Origin: Chloroflexota bacterium
Lineage (GTDB): Bacteria > Chloroflexota > UBA11872 > VXOZ01
Length of the DNA: 64,000 bases
Direction: 5' to 3'
NCBI GenBank assembly: GCA_963662335.2
Contig: CAXXVD010000005.1
Coordinates: 416,001-480,000, forward strand
The notes below the pieces were generated by a model. It saw only the letters and a list, made by a program, of their open reading frames with translations, did not search any database and had not been told where the DNA came from. This document shows positions 1-10,080 of this stretch, one piece after another (the first letter of the stretch is position 1; the number at the start of each line of letters is the position of its first letter). Both the position numbers and the translations under genes were made by a program.

Positions 1-107
1 TACAAGCGTCGGTCAGGCGGCGTTGTGAGAAATGCAAGGTGGTACGACGCAAACGGGTGGTGCGCATCATCTGCGCGAATCCCAAGCACAAGCAGCGCCA
101 GGGCTAG
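1..107 (+). CDS. rpmJ: 50S ribosomal protein L36, 5'-truncated by the window edge
   Basis: Frame from nt 3 reads [34 protein letters not shown], with the Zn-ribbon C-x2-C...C...H; directly upstream of rpsM; not in the ORF track. Confidence 0.97.
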   Translation, partial: QASVRRRCEKCKVVRRKRVVRIICANPKHKQRQG

Positions 108-163
108 ACCGGGGACGGCGAGACCAAAGTGGGCCGCACGTTGTTCACAGGAGGAGGAGCAGC

Positions 164-544
164 ATGGCACGCATTGTAGGCGTAGACCTACCGCGCGAGA
201 AGCACATCTGGGTCGGGCTGACCTACATCTACGGCATTGGCCGCACCACCGCCTACTCCATACTGGAGAGAGCACAGGTGGAGCCCGCCACGAAAGTGCA
301 GGACCTCACTGAAGACGAGGTGAATCGCATTCGCGAGGCCGTCGGCAGCCTCACGCTGGAAGGCGACCTGCGCCGTGAGGTACAGCAAAACATCGGACGG
401 CTCATCGAAATCGGCTGCTATCGCGGCATGAGGCACCGGCGCGGCCTGCCGACGCAGGGCCAGCGCACGCGCACCAACGCGCGCACCCGCAAGGGACGGC
501 CCAAGACTGTAGCCGGCCGCAAGCGCGCAATCGTCAAGAAGTAA
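164..544 (+). CDS. rpsM: 30S ribosomal protein S13
   Basis: [10 protein letters not shown]...[13 protein letters not shown]; GGAGG RBS before ATG 164. Confidence 0.98.
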   Translation: MARIVGVDLPREKHIWVGLTYIYGIGRTTAYSILERAQVEPATKVQDLTEDEVNRIREAVGSLTLEGDLRREVQQNIGRLIEIGCYRGMRHRRGLPTQGQRTRTNARTRKGRPKTVAGRKRAIVKK

Positions 545-566
545 GCTCGAACAGAGGGAATGGTTC

Positions 567-956
567 ATGCCGGAGACTCGCACACGTTCACGTCGGCGCG
601 AACGACGCACCGTAGCGCGCGGCAAGGCATTCGTCAAGTCTACGTTCAACAACACGCTCATCACGATTACGGACATGAACGGGAATACCCTGTGCTGGGC
701 CAGCTCCGGCTCGGCCGGCTTCAAGGGTTCTCGCAAAGGCACGCCCTATGCCGCGCAAGTAGCGGCGGAAACGGTAGCGCGCAAGGCCGCGGACTTTGGC
801 ATGGGCCAGGTGGAGATCTCCGTGAAAGGGCCGGGTTCCGGCCGCGAATCCGCCATCCGTTCGCTCCAGGCCGGCGGCCTGCAAGTAGTGAGCATTACCG
901 ACGTGACGCCGGTGCCGCACAACGGCCCCCGGCCACCCCGGCGCCGGCGCGTGTAG
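567..956 (+). CDS. rpsK: 30S ribosomal protein S11
   Basis: [28 protein letters not shown] motifs. Confidence 0.98.
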   Translation: MPETRTRSRRRERRTVARGKAFVKSTFNNTLITITDMNGNTLCWASSGSAGFKGSRKGTPYAAQVAAETVARKAADFGMGQVEISVKGPGSGRESAIRSLQAGGLQVVSITDVTPVPHNGPRPPRRRRV

Positions 957-1058
957 CCGGCTTCTTGTGAGAGTGAAGCGACTTCGACCGAGTCGGCGAC
1001 TTCGACCAAATCGGCGTTCTTGACAAAGTAAGCAGAGCACGAGTTTCGAGGAGAATCT

Positions 1059-1688
1059 ATGGCACGTTACGTTGGCCCCGTGTGTCGGCTGTGCCGCCGG
1101 GAAGGGCAGAAGCTCTTCCTCAAAGGCGACAAGTGCTTCACGCCCAAGTGCCCCGTGGAGAAGCGCAAGAATCCGCCGGGTATGCACGGCCAGATGCGGC
1201 GCAGGCTGTCGGATTACGGCATGCGCCTGCGGGAGAAGCAGAAAGCCCGGCGCATGTACGGCATATTCGAGCGCCAGTTTCGCAAGTACTTCGCGCTTGC
1301 CTCGTCCCGGCCGGGCGTGACGGGCGCGACTCTCCTGCAGTTGCTCGAAAGCCGGCTCGACAACGTCGTCTATCGCCTGGGGTTCGCCTCATCCCGCGCC
1401 GCGGCGCGGCAGGTCGTGCGCCACGGCCACTTCACCCTCAACGGCCGCAAGTGCGACATTCCCTCGGCCCTGGTTGCCGAAGGCGACGTGATAGGCGTGA
1501 AGTCGAACAGCCGCAACAACGAATACTTCAAGCTCGTCACCGCGCGGCTCGACTCGGTAGCAGTGCCCAATTGGCTCGCCACCGACCGGGAGAAGCTGGA
1601 AGGCAAAGTGCTCGCCTTGCCAACGCGGCAGGAGATCGACGCCGACCTGAAGGAACAACTGATCGTCGAGTACTACTCCCGTCGTTAA
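1059..1688 (+). CDS. rpsD: 30S ribosomal protein S4 (Cys4 Zn-binding type)
   Basis: [16 protein letters not shown]...[13 protein letters not shown]...IVEYYSR. Confidence 0.98.
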   Translation: MARYVGPVCRLCRREGQKLFLKGDKCFTPKCPVEKRKNPPGMHGQMRRRLSDYGMRLREKQKARRMYGIFERQFRKYFALASSRPGVTGATLLQLLESRLDNVVYRLGFASSRAAARQVVRHGHFTLNGRKCDIPSALVAEGDVIGVKSNSRNNEYFKLVTARLDSVAVPNWLATDREKLEGKVLALPTRQEIDADLKEQLIVEYYSRR

Positions 1689-1795
1689 GCGATCCGCCCG
1701 CTCCACCGGCGCATGGAAGGAGTGGGCCGCTTTTCGCGTTTTCAACAAAGTCAGCAAAGCCATACGCACGCCTGTGTACTGGGAGGTAATTCCCG

Positions 1796-2761
1796 TTGGA
1801 ACTGCAGGAAGTACAACCCGAAGTCAGAGTCATTGAACGTGAAGACAACTCCGGCCATTTCCGCATCGAGCCGCTGAAGCGGGGCTACGGCCATACACTG
1901 GGCAATGCCCTGCGCCGCGTGCTCCTCTCGTCGCTGCCGGGCGCCGCCATTTCATCAATTCGCATTACCGGGGTACTCCACGAGTTTGCCGACGTTCTCG
2001 GCGTAACCGAAGACGTAACGCAAATCATACTCAACGTCAAACGAATCCGACTTACGTGCACCACCGCTCAGCCGGTAGAACTCTACCTTTCCGTCAAGCG
2101 CGCCGGCGTAGCCACCGCCGCGGACATCCAGTGTCCGCCCGAGGTCAACATCGTCAATCCAGAGCAACACCTGGCAACGCTGGATGCCGACGACGCCGAA
2201 TTGGAAATGTACATGACGGTGGAACAGGGCATTGGCTTTACGCTCTCCGATACGCAGGAGGATACGCCCATCGGCGTTATCCCCGTGGACGCGATCTTCA
2301 CCCCAATCCGCCGCGTGGAGTACCGGGTGGAACACGCCCGCGTCGGCCAGGTAACCGACCTGGACGCGCTTATCATCCGCGTGTGGACCGACGGCACGCT
2401 GACGCCGGAGACGGCGCTGAGCCAGAGCGGCCAGATACTGTGCGACTACTTTGCGCTCATCAGCGGCTTTCACCCGCTTGCGCAACGCATCGAAGTGGGG
2501 ATCGCCCGGCCGGATCCGATTGCGTCAACACCGCTGGAATCGCTGCAACTCCAGAACCGCGCGTACAACGCCCTGCGGCGCGGCGGCATCAGCACCGTGG
2601 AGCAACTCCTGGCCATGGACGAAGACAGCTTGCTGAAGATTCAAGGCTTGGGCGAGAAGACTCTCTCCGAAGTCAAGGAGAAACTGGCGCAGAGCGACCT
2701 CTTCCTCACGGAATCGAACGGCGCAGAGGGCGCTGAGGAAGTAGAGGAGGTGCCCGTGTGA
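1796..2761 (+). CDS. rpoA: RNA polymerase subunit alpha
   Basis: IEPLKRGYGHTLGNALRRVLLSS, IPVDAIFTP, alpha-CTD RAYNAL..GLGEKTL; TTG start after GGAGG. Confidence 0.98.
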   Translation: MELQEVQPEVRVIEREDNSGHFRIEPLKRGYGHTLGNALRRVLLSSLPGAAISSIRITGVLHEFADVLGVTEDVTQIILNVKRIRLTCTTAQPVELYLSVKRAGVATAADIQCPPEVNIVNPEQHLATLDADDAELEMYMTVEQGIGFTLSDTQEDTPIGVIPVDAIFTPIRRVEYRVEHARVGQVTDLDALIIRVWTDGTLTPETALSQSGQILCDYFALISGFHPLAQRIEVGIARPDPIASTPLESLQLQNRAYNALRRGGISTVEQLLAMDEDSLLKIQGLGEKTLSEVKEKLAQSDLFLTESNGAEGAEEVEEVPV

Positions 2762-3111
2762 GAAAGCGAGTTTACGTACGCCGGCTCAACCGCGCGCAAG
2801 GCAAGCGCGAGGCGCTCTGCCGCAGTTTGCTGAGCACGCTGGTGCTCAACGGCCAGGTGCACACCACGTCGGCCCGCGCCAAGGAGGTTCGTTCCCGCGT
2901 GGAGCGGCTCATCTCTCTGGCGAAGCGCGGCGATCTGCATGCCCGGCGGCTGGCGCTCTCACGCCTTCCCGATCGAGAGGCGGTGAGCCATCTCTTCGAA
3001 GAGCTTGGCCCGCGCTACGCCGACCGGCCGGGCGGGTACACGCGCACCTTCCGTTTGGGTACGCGCCGCGGCGACGGCGCGCCCGTGATGATGGTGCAGT
3101 TGGTCGAGTAA
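2758..3111 (+). CDS. rplQ: 50S ribosomal protein L17
   Basis: TTSARAKE, RPGGYTR, RRGDGAP; 4-nt overlap with rpoA. Confidence 0.96.
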   Translation: MRKRVYVRRLNRAQGKREALCRSLLSTLVLNGQVHTTSARAKEVRSRVERLISLAKRGDLHARRLALSRLPDREAVSHLFEELGPRYADRPGGYTRTFRLGTRRGDGAPVMMVQLVE

Positions 3112-3211
3112 CACGCCGCGCGACCGTGCGCCAGGCGCTCGCCGGCGCGGCATGATGTAGAATAGGAGCAGGCCGAGAACGCAAGAGAAACGCACGCACG
3201 ACTTTGGGTCA

Positions 3212-4015
3212 ATGGCTCGCCCGGGAACCGGCGGCGCGCGCAAGTTTCGCTGCCGCGTGGCATACGACGGCACACCGTACAGCGGCTTTCAAGCGCAGCC
3301 CGGCCGGCCCACGGTACAGCAGGAATTGGAAGCGGCGCTGCAGCGCATTACGCGCCGCGCCACCCGCGTTGTACCCGCGGGACGAACGGACGCCGGGGTG
3401 CACGCGACCGGACAGGTGATCCACTTCCTCTCCGGCTGGCGGCACGAGGCAGCGGCGCTCGAGCGCGCGTTGAACGCCGTACTGCCGGAGACTGTGGCCG
3501 TGGCCGGGTTGGCGGAAGCGGACCCGGCGTTTCACGCCCGCTACAGCGCGCGCAGCCGGCGGTACCGGTACGACATTTGGAACGGCCCGCGCCGCTCTCC
3601 CATGCGGCAACGGTACACGCTCCACCGCGCCCGGCCGCTGGACGCGGGCGCAATGCACGCGGCGCTGCAACTCCTGGTGGGCACGCACGACTTTCGGGCG
3701 TTTGCCGCGGGTGAAGACGCGGCAGTGTGTACGGTGCGCGCGGTAATCCGCGCGGCCTGCCAACGCGAGGGCGAATTGGTGCGCGTCTACGTTGAGGCGA
3801 ACGCGTTCGTGCGCCACATGATGCGCCGCATTGTTGGCACACTATTGGAAATTGGGGAAGGACGCAAACCCCCAGCACATTTGGAACGAGTGGTGCGCAG
3901 CGGAGACAAGGCGCTGGCCGGCCCAACGGCCCCGGCCAGAGGGCTCTGCCTCATTCGGGTTTCGTACCCCGACGCGCCCGCCCTGGAGACGATGAAAGAG
4001 GACCACAAAGCATGA
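3212..4015 (+). CDS. truA: tRNA pseudouridine(38-40) synthase
   Basis: [35 protein letters not shown] motifs. Confidence 0.97.
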   Translation: MARPGTGGARKFRCRVAYDGTPYSGFQAQPGRPTVQQELEAALQRITRRATRVVPAGRTDAGVHATGQVIHFLSGWRHEAAALERALNAVLPETVAVAGLAEADPAFHARYSARSRRYRYDIWNGPRRSPMRQRYTLHRARPLDAGAMHAALQLLVGTHDFRAFAAGEDAAVCTVRAVIRAACQREGELVRVYVEANAFVRHMMRRIVGTLLEIGEGRKPPAHLERVVRSGDKALAGPTAPARGLCLIRVSYPDAPALETMKEDHKA

Positions 4016-4476
4016 AAGCCCCGGTAACTTCCGTGACACGCGCCGGCGCGGTCGAACGCCGCTGGTACGTGGTTGACGCCGCCGGACAGACGCTCGGCCG
4101 GCTGGCGACTCACATTGCCCACGTGCTGCGCGGCAAGCATAAGCCGCAGTACGCCCCAAACGTGGACGTGGGCGACTACGTGGTCGTCGTCAATGCCGCG
4201 AAAGTCGCGGTTACGGGCCGCAAACGCGAGCAAAAGGTCTACTACCGCCACTCCGGCTACCCCGGCGGCATTCGCGGCGTGCTGCTGGCAGACCAGTTGG
4301 AGCGGCGTCCGGACCGGGCGATCGAACATGCGGTGCGCGGCATGTTGCCGCATACCCGCCTCGGACGCGCTATGTTCAAGAAGCTGAAAGTCTACGGGGG
4401 ACCCGAGCACCCGCACGAGGCCCAACGGCCGCAGCCACTCTTCGAGAGCCTAACAGGAGCGAACGCAGATGAGTAA
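4012..4476 (+). CDS. rplM: 50S ribosomal protein L13
   Basis: WYVVDA.G.TLGRLA, GKHKP, HSGYPGG, HPHEAQ. Confidence 0.98.
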   Translation: MKAPVTSVTRAGAVERRWYVVDAAGQTLGRLATHIAHVLRGKHKPQYAPNVDVGDYVVVVNAAKVAVTGRKREQKVYYRHSGYPGGIRGVLLADQLERRPDRAIEHAVRGMLPHTRLGRAMFKKLKVYGGPEHPHEAQRPQPLFESLTGANADE

Positions 4477-4867
4477 AGATGGTGAGGCCGCGTACTACGT
4501 CGGCGTGGGACGGCGCAAAGAGGCCGTGGCCCGCATCCGCCTCTACAGCGGCGAGCGCGGCATCATAGTCAACGGCCAGCCGCTGGAAGACTACTTTCCG
4601 CGCATCCTGCACCAGAACGTGGTGCAGGAACCGCTCGACCTCGTCGGCGCCGGCTTTCGCGTCTCGGCGAAGGTGGTCGGCGGCGGCATCAGCGGCCAGG
4701 CGGACGCGATCCGCCACGGCGTGGCGCGGGCGCTGGTAAACGCCAACGAACAGTACCGCTTCACGCTGCGCAAGGCCGGCCTGCTCACCCGCGACGCCCG
4801 CGTCAAAGAACGCAAGAAGTACGGCCTCAAACGCGCCCGCAAGGCCCCGCAGTACACCAAGCGCTAA
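4469..4867 (+). CDS. rpsI: 30S ribosomal protein S9
   Basis: [36 protein letters not shown]. Confidence 0.98.
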   Translation: MSKDGEAAYYVGVGRRKEAVARIRLYSGERGIIVNGQPLEDYFPRILHQNVVQEPLDLVGAGFRVSAKVVGGGISGQADAIRHGVARALVNANEQYRFTLRKAGLLTRDARVKERKKYGLKRARKAPQYTKR

Positions 4868-4951
4868 ACGCAAGACACGCGGCGCCGCACACCCGCGGAT
4901 CGTTAGCAGCCGCGATCCCGCTTCCCTCCGCAGACCGTTCGCAGCCTTGCG

Positions 4952-4984
4952 CCGTTCGTAGTGAGCTTGTCGAAATACGAACGG
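4952..4984. repeat. Palindromic repeat, CCGTTCGT..TGAGC.TGTCGAA...GAACGG family
   Basis: Hairpin; a reverse-complement copy lies at 52092-52124. Confidence 0.75.
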
Positions 4985-5010
4985 CCCGCGCCGAACCTAT
5001 AAGCGCCCGC

Positions 5011-5559
5011 TCAGGCGCTCTCATCACGCTCAGCCTCAGCGCCGGTCAACGCGGCCAGGAACCGTTCCCGCTCCGGCAGGTCTTCCAAGCTGCCAAGCCC
5101 AAAGTGCTTGAGAAACTCGAAGGTCGTGCGGTACTCGATGGGTCGTCCGGGCGTGGGGCGCCGCTCGCCCGCGGCTATCAGTTCGCGGTTGAGCAGCACG
5201 GCCAACGTATGGTCCGAGTTCACGCCGCGCACGCGCTCGATCTCGGCGCGCGTCGCCGGCTGGTAGTACGCGACCACGGCCAACGTCTCCAGAGCCGGGC
5301 GCGAGAGTTTCTCCCGCCGGTGCACGCCCAGCAGCGCGCGAACGTACGGCGCCGCGTCCGGGTGCGAGACGAGGAGAAACGCCCCGTCCTGCTCCTGCAG
5401 CAGGATTCCCCGCTCGCGTGACGCGGCTTTGAGTTCCGCCAGCGCCGCCGCCACGTCACGCGCCGGCCTGCCCGTAATCTGCGCCATTTCCCGCACGGTG
5501 AGCGGGCGCTCGGCGACGAAGAGAAGGCCTTCCAGCACGGCGGTCAACGGCAACGGCAT
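5011..5559 (-). CDS. scpB: SMC-Scp complex subunit ScpB
   Basis: LEGLLF, LSRPALETLAVVAYYQPATRAEIERVRGV, TTFEFLKHFGL; start trimmed to MPLPL. Confidence 0.95.
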   Translation of the reverse strand: MPLPLTAVLEGLLFVAERPLTVREMAQITGRPARDVAAALAELKAASRERGILLQEQDGAFLLVSHPDAAPYVRALLGVHRREKLSRPALETLAVVAYYQPATRAEIERVRGVNSDHTLAVLLNRELIAAGERRPTPGRPIEYRTTFEFLKHFGLGSLEDLPERERFLAALTGAEAERDESA

Positions 5560-5566
5560 CCCGACG

Positions 5567-6406
5567 CTACCCTCCCTCCAACGGCGCGCGCGCGAAAGCG
5601 TCGCGGGCGTGCCCTTGATCCGTTGCCGGCGCGGCATGCACGGCCGGCGCAACGCCCACCGGCGGCGCAGCGCTCGCGGAGTCGGAAGAATTCGCGGCGC
5701 GCGCCGCGTCCGCGGGCAGGATGCGAATGTCGGCATAGAGCGCGTCCTGCCGCACCGCGGCCTTGCCCAGCCGCAGGAATTCGAGCACCGCCAGGAACGC
5801 TACCACAATCTCCTCCAAAGACTGGGCCGGTTCTATGACCTCGCGAAATCCGGTCCGGCCGCGCCCCGCCAGCAGCGCATCGATGCGTTCTAGGTAGGTC
5901 TCGATGTGCACCGTGCGCCGGGCCACGGTCGGCAGGTCGTCTTCCTTCTCTTCCAGCACCGCCGCCAGCGCGCCCACCAGGTCTGCCGGCGCGTAGCCGA
6001 CCAGCGCGGGCGGCGCGAATTCCGGCAGCGGCGTCGGCGCGGTGCGCTGATAGGAAGCGCCGCGCTCGTCCTGCCACGCGGCGACAGTCGTCATCAACTG
6101 CCTGAAGCGCTCGTAGCCGCGCAGTTGGTCTTCCAATAACCCGGCCGCCTCTTCCTCCGGTTCCGGCGGCTCGTGCAGCAGCGCCCGCGACTTGAGGTGC
6201 ATCAGTTGCGCCGCCACCCGCAGAAACGCCGCCAGCAGCGGGCCGTCGTCCGTACCCATGCCTTGCGCGTGGGCCAGGAACTGCCGGGTCACCGCCACCA
6301 GCGAGAGTTCTGTTATGTCAAGTTTCTGCTCTTGGATGAGCCGCAGCAAGACGTCAAGCGGACCTTGAAATATCGCCAGGCGGACAGAAGGCAGCGGGGA
6401 TCCCAT
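5567..6406 (-). CDS. scpA: Segregation/condensation protein ScpA
   Basis: FQGPLDVLLRLI, LKSRALL, FLAVLEF motifs; start at MGSPLP. Confidence 0.93.
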   Translation of the reverse strand: MGSPLPSVRLAIFQGPLDVLLRLIQEQKLDITELSLVAVTRQFLAHAQGMGTDDGPLLAAFLRVAAQLMHLKSRALLHEPPEPEEEAAGLLEDQLRGYERFRQLMTTVAAWQDERGASYQRTAPTPLPEFAPPALVGYAPADLVGALAAVLEEKEDDLPTVARRTVHIETYLERIDALLAGRGRTGFREVIEPAQSLEEIVVAFLAVLEFLRLGKAAVRQDALYADIRILPADAARAANSSDSASAAPPVGVAPAVHAAPATDQGHARDAFARAPLEGG

Positions 6407-6407
6407 G

Positions 6408-7112
6408 TCAGCCACCCAGGAGCAGGCCAAAGAGGAAGTTGACCGGAGGACCAAGAATTGCCTGGAAGATGCCGATGCGCAGGAACCAGGAGTCTAGAAG
6501 CACGATGATGAGGAGCAGGAACGGGCCCTGCAACTCAAACCTGGTTATGGAGGGCACGAGGTGCGGCGGCAGGAAGCGCAGCAGCACGCGATAGCCGTCC
6601 AATGGCGGTAGCGGGATGATGTTGAACACCGCCAAAGAGATGTTGATAAACACCACGTAGGCGAATATCGTCGCAATCGTGGCGCTCGTGCTGTCAGCCG
6701 TGAGGCCGCTTGTGGGCAGTAGGTTGCGGAGCGCAAACGCGATTACGGCCGCGGTCACCAGGTTCGCGGCCGGTCCCGCCGCTGCCACCATCGCGCCGCC
6801 CGAAATCGGCCCGTTGCGCAGGTTGGCCGGATTATACGGCACCGGCTTGCCCCAGCCAAAGCCGATGAGGAAGATCATGACCGTCCCCAACAGGTCGAGG
6901 TGCGCCAACGGGTTGAGGGTCAGCCGTCCCAGATCGCGCGCCGTTGGATCGCCGAGCCGGTTCGCCATCCAGGCGTGGCTATACTCATGCACGGAGATGC
7001 CCACGACAAGCGCAATCAAGAGACCCAGGAAAACCGCCGGATTACCGAGTTGGGCAAGCAACGCAGACCTCACGGGAGAAGGGGTGAATCGCGCGTAAGC
7101 AGACAGACTCAT
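6408..7112 (-). CDS. Site-2 protease (M50 family) intramembrane metalloprotease
   Basis: HEYSH, NPLAHLD, FNIIPLPPLDG; start uncertain. Confidence 0.92.
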   Translation of the reverse strand: MSLSAYARFTPSPVRSALLAQLGNPAVFLGLLIALVVGISVHEYSHAWMANRLGDPTARDLGRLTLNPLAHLDLLGTVMIFLIGFGWGKPVPYNPANLRNGPISGGAMVAAAGPAANLVTAAVIAFALRNLLPTSGLTADSTSATIATIFAYVVFINISLAVFNIIPLPPLDGYRVLLRFLPPHLVPSITRFELQGPFLLLIIVLLDSWFLRIGIFQAILGPPVNFLFGLLLGG

Positions 7113-7252
7113 CGTAGCATCGACCCCTTGCGGTGACAACTCTACTTGTCGCTGGTGAGCGAATTTGCTACGATGAGACGTAACTGGCCCGCTTGTGGGT
7201 TTTGCATTGTGGTGTCCTGGATTCATTGCGGCGTCAGGGAGGGGAGAAGTTC

Positions 7253-7579
7253 ATGCGCGCACGTGCCGCGCACGTCGATCCGATCGAGATGTTTGCGGGC
7301 GTGCACCGCAGGACGCTGGCGTATGGCGAGAACACCATGATCTGCCAGATCAGCTTCGCCCCCGGCGGCGACGTTCCCCTGCACCAGCACCCCAACGAAC
7401 AGTCGGGATACGTCATCGAGGGTACGCTGAAGCTCACGGTCGCTACGGAATTGCTGGTGCTGGAACCGGGCGAAACGTACGTCATTCCCGCCGATACGCC
7501 CCATGCCGCGACGGCGGACGAGCCGACGGTCGTGCTCGACATCTTTTCGCCGCCGCGCGAGGACTATAAGGACGACTAG
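7253..7579 (+). CDS. Cupin domain protein
   Basis: HQHPNEQSGYVIEG...IPADTPH, LDIFSPPREDY. Confidence 0.9.
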   Translation: MRARAAHVDPIEMFAGVHRRTLAYGENTMICQISFAPGGDVPLHQHPNEQSGYVIEGTLKLTVATELLVLEPGETYVIPADTPHAATADEPTVVLDIFSPPREDYKDD

Positions 7580-7595
7580 GCACCGTCTTGACTTC

Positions 7596-7621
7596 CGTAG
7601 CGCGGGGGCTTGTCCCCCGCC
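7596..7621 (+). repeat. GTAG-type REP family A (GTAGCGCGGGGGCTTGTCCCCCGCC)
   Basis: Further copies at 29742-29766 (reverse), 49174-49199, 54158-54211 (inverted doublet) and 62257-62425 (x4). Confidence 0.9.
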
Positions 7622-7704
7622 GCGACAACCGTACGCACCAGGAATGCACAGGCAGCAATTCGCAGCGCAAGGACAGCCCAGACAGACTAAGGAGGATTGG
7701 CGCA

Positions 7705-7947
7705 TTGCTTAAGATCCGTCTCGTTCGTATTGGCAAACGCAAGCAGCCCCATTACCGCGTCATCGTGGCCGACGCTCGCATGGCGCGCAATGGCCGCCAC
7801 GTGGACATACTGGGGCACTACAACCCGCGCACCGAACCGTCTACCGTGCAGATCGACACGGAGCGCGCCCAGGAGTGGCTCCAGAAGGGCGCGCAGCCCA
7901 CGGACCGCGTGCGCAAGCTGCTCAAAATCGCCGGACTGGAGGATTAG
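7705..7947 (+). CDS. rpsP: 30S ribosomal protein S16
   Basis: LKIRLVRIG.RKQPHYRVIVAD...GAQPTDRV; TTG start after AAGGAGG. Confidence 0.97.
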   Translation: MLKIRLVRIGKRKQPHYRVIVADARMARNGRHVDILGHYNPRTEPSTVQIDTERAQEWLQKGAQPTDRVRKLLKIAGLED

Positions 7948-7949
7948 CG

Positions 7950-8285
7950 ATGTATCAACGACGGCCCGGCAGGCCGCGTGACGGCGGACGGCGCGGTCCC
8001 CGGCAACGCGGCGGCAGAGAGCGCGACTACCGCGGTGACGGCGGCGCCGTGCCGGCGCTCACCGGCCTCATCGAGTTTGTCGCCTACGGCCTGGTGCGCA
8101 ACGTGGACGCCGTGCAAGTGCGCGAAATCGTGCGCTCCCAGGCGGTGGTCTACGAGTTGCGCGTCGCCGACGAGGACAAAGGCCGCGTGATCGGCAAGGA
8201 CGGCCGCATTGCGCAAGCCCTGCGCACGGTGATGCGCGCCGCGGCCGGTGAAGGAAGCCGCCGCGTCGCGCTTGACATCATCTAG
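7950..8285 (+). CDS. khpA: KH-domain RNA-binding protein (KhpA/YlqC) with Arg/Gly-rich N-terminal extension
   Basis: DKGRVIGKDGRIAQALR GxxG loop; canonical position between rpsP and rimM. Confidence 0.9.
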   Translation: MYQRRPGRPRDGGRRGPRQRGGRERDYRGDGGAVPALTGLIEFVAYGLVRNVDAVQVREIVRSQAVVYELRVADEDKGRVIGKDGRIAQALRTVMRAAAGEGSRRVALDII

Positions 8286-8287
8286 CC

Positions 8288-8836
8288 TTGAGCGGCAAAG
8301 GGGCGAGTGACGTAGAGCAGCACGACGCGTACGCGGGTTGGCTCATCATCGGACGCATCAGCGCGCCCCACGGCATACGCGGCGAGGCGCGGGTGGAAGT
8401 CCTCACCGATTTTCCGCAGCGCTTCCAATCGGTCAAGCGCGTCTATCTTGGCTCGCGCCACGAGTTGCGCGCGGTGGAAGCGGCGCGCTTTACCCCCAAA
8501 GGCGTTCTGCTCAAACTCGCGGGCGTCGATTCGCGGGATGCGGCCGCTGACCTGCGCGGCGCGTACGTGGCGCTGCCCGAAGCCGAGTTGCCTCCCCTCC
8601 CCACCGGCAGTTTCCACCACCACCAAATCAACGGCTTGGACGTCTACACGGAAGACGGCCGGCGGCTCGGCGCAGTGGCGGAGATACTCACCACCGGCAG
8701 CAACGACGTCTACGTCGTGCGCGGCGGCCAAGGCGGGGAATTGCTGCTGCCGGCCATCGCGGAGGTCATTCTCGGTATCGACCTGGACGCGCAGCGCATC
8801 ACCGTACACCTCATCCCCGGACTCCTGCCGGACTGA
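8288..8836 (+). CDS. rimM: 16S rRNA processing protein RimM
   Basis: IGRISAPHGIRGE, TGSNDVYVV, LLPAI. Confidence 0.96.
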   Translation: MSGKGASDVEQHDAYAGWLIIGRISAPHGIRGEARVEVLTDFPQRFQSVKRVYLGSRHELRAVEAARFTPKGVLLKLAGVDSRDAAADLRGAYVALPEAELPPLPTGSFHHHQINGLDVYTEDGRRLGAVAEILTTGSNDVYVVRGGQGGELLLPAIAEVILGIDLDAQRITVHLIPGLLPD

Positions 8837-8889
8837 GCGCAGAGCGCGCGTGTCTAACCGGACACCATAGCGAACCGCGAGCAGGCGTC

Positions 8890-9630
8890 ATGCTGCGCGT
8901 AGACATTCTCACCATCTTTCCCGATTACTTTCGCGGGCCGCTCGCTCATGGCACGCTCAGCCGCGCCGTGGCGCGCGGCTGCCTCACCGTCGCCGTGCAC
9001 AATCTCCGCAACTGGGCGGCGGGGAAGCACCGGGTGACGGACGACTACACCTTTGGCGGCGGCACGGGCATGGTGATGAAGCCGGAGCCTTTCTTTCGCG
9101 CCGTGGCGGAACTCACGACGCCGGGCGCGCACGTCATCCTGCTCAGCCCCGCCGGCAGTCTGCTCACGCAGCGGCACGCCGCCGGCGTGTCCGAGAAGCA
9201 GCACCTTATCCTGCTGTGCGGCCGCTACGAGGGCGTGGACGCGCGGGTCGCGGAACATCTGGCGCACGAGGAGATTTCTATTGGCGACTACGTCGTAAGC
9301 GGCGGCGAGTTGCCAGCTCTCGTCCTCCTCGACGCCGCGGCGCGCCAACTCCCCGGCGTGCTCGGCGGCGGCCCGACCGCCGTGGGCGAGGAGTCCCACG
9401 CCGCCGGCCTCCTCGAGTACCCGCACTATACGCGGCCGGCTTCATATCAGGGCATGGACGCGCCGGCGATCCTGCTCTCCGGCAATCACCAACAGATCGA
9501 GCGGTGGCGGCGGCGGCAGTCGCTCGCGCGGACCCGGGCGCGCCGCCCGGACTTGCTCGAGCGGGCCGACCTCAGCGAGGAAGACCGGAGTTTCCTCGCC
9601 AGCGAGGCAAATTGCGAAGTGCCCGAATAG
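8890..9630 (+). CDS. trmD: tRNA (guanosine37-N1)-methyltransferase
   Basis: GGGTGMVM, CGRYEGVDAR, SIGDYVVSGGE, LEYPHYTRP. Confidence 0.98.
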   Translation: MLRVDILTIFPDYFRGPLAHGTLSRAVARGCLTVAVHNLRNWAAGKHRVTDDYTFGGGTGMVMKPEPFFRAVAELTTPGAHVILLSPAGSLLTQRHAAGVSEKQHLILLCGRYEGVDARVAEHLAHEEISIGDYVVSGGELPALVLLDAAARQLPGVLGGGPTAVGEESHAAGLLEYPHYTRPASYQGMDAPAILLSGNHQQIERWRRRQSLARTRARRPDLLERADLSEEDRSFLASEANCEVPE

Positions 9631-9678
9631 TGTGCTACTGTAGCAAGAGTGAGCAAATGCTAGTAACGAGAAGCAAAG

Positions 9679-10023
9679 ATGACAACGACAATCGACGACA
9701 TCGTGCAAGCGCGGTTGAAAGCCGACCCGCCGGACTTTGCGCCGGGTGACACCGTGCGCGTAAACGTGAAAGTCGTGGAGAGCGGCCGCGAGCGCACCCA
9801 GGCGTTCGAGGGCGTGGTGCTGGCGCGCCGGGCCTCGGGCATCAACGAGAACTTCACCGTGCGCCGCACCACTCACGGCATCGGCGTGGAGCGCACCTTC
9901 CTCGTGCACTCGCCCCGCATCGAGAGCGTAAGCGTGGTGCGGCGCGGCCGGGTGCGGCGCGCCAAGCTCTACTATCTGCGGGACCGCGTGGGCAAGGCCG
10001 CGCGCATCAAGGAACGCCGGTAG
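9679..10023 (+). CDS. rplS: 50S ribosomal protein L19
   Basis: [30 protein letters not shown]. Confidence 0.98.
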   Translation: MTTTIDDIVQARLKADPPDFAPGDTVRVNVKVVESGRERTQAFEGVVLARRASGINENFTVRRTTHGIGVERTFLVHSPRIESVSVVRRGRVRRAKLYYLRDRVGKAARIKERR

Positions 10024-10080
10024 CCGCCGCGTGGGAAAGGGACGCCCGCTTGCTTTCGTTCCGGCGGGCACTAGCGTGCA

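Noticed and set aside
5567-7112. Missing trpS between the site-2 protease and scpA
   Set aside because: Simple gene-order variation; no remnant seen.
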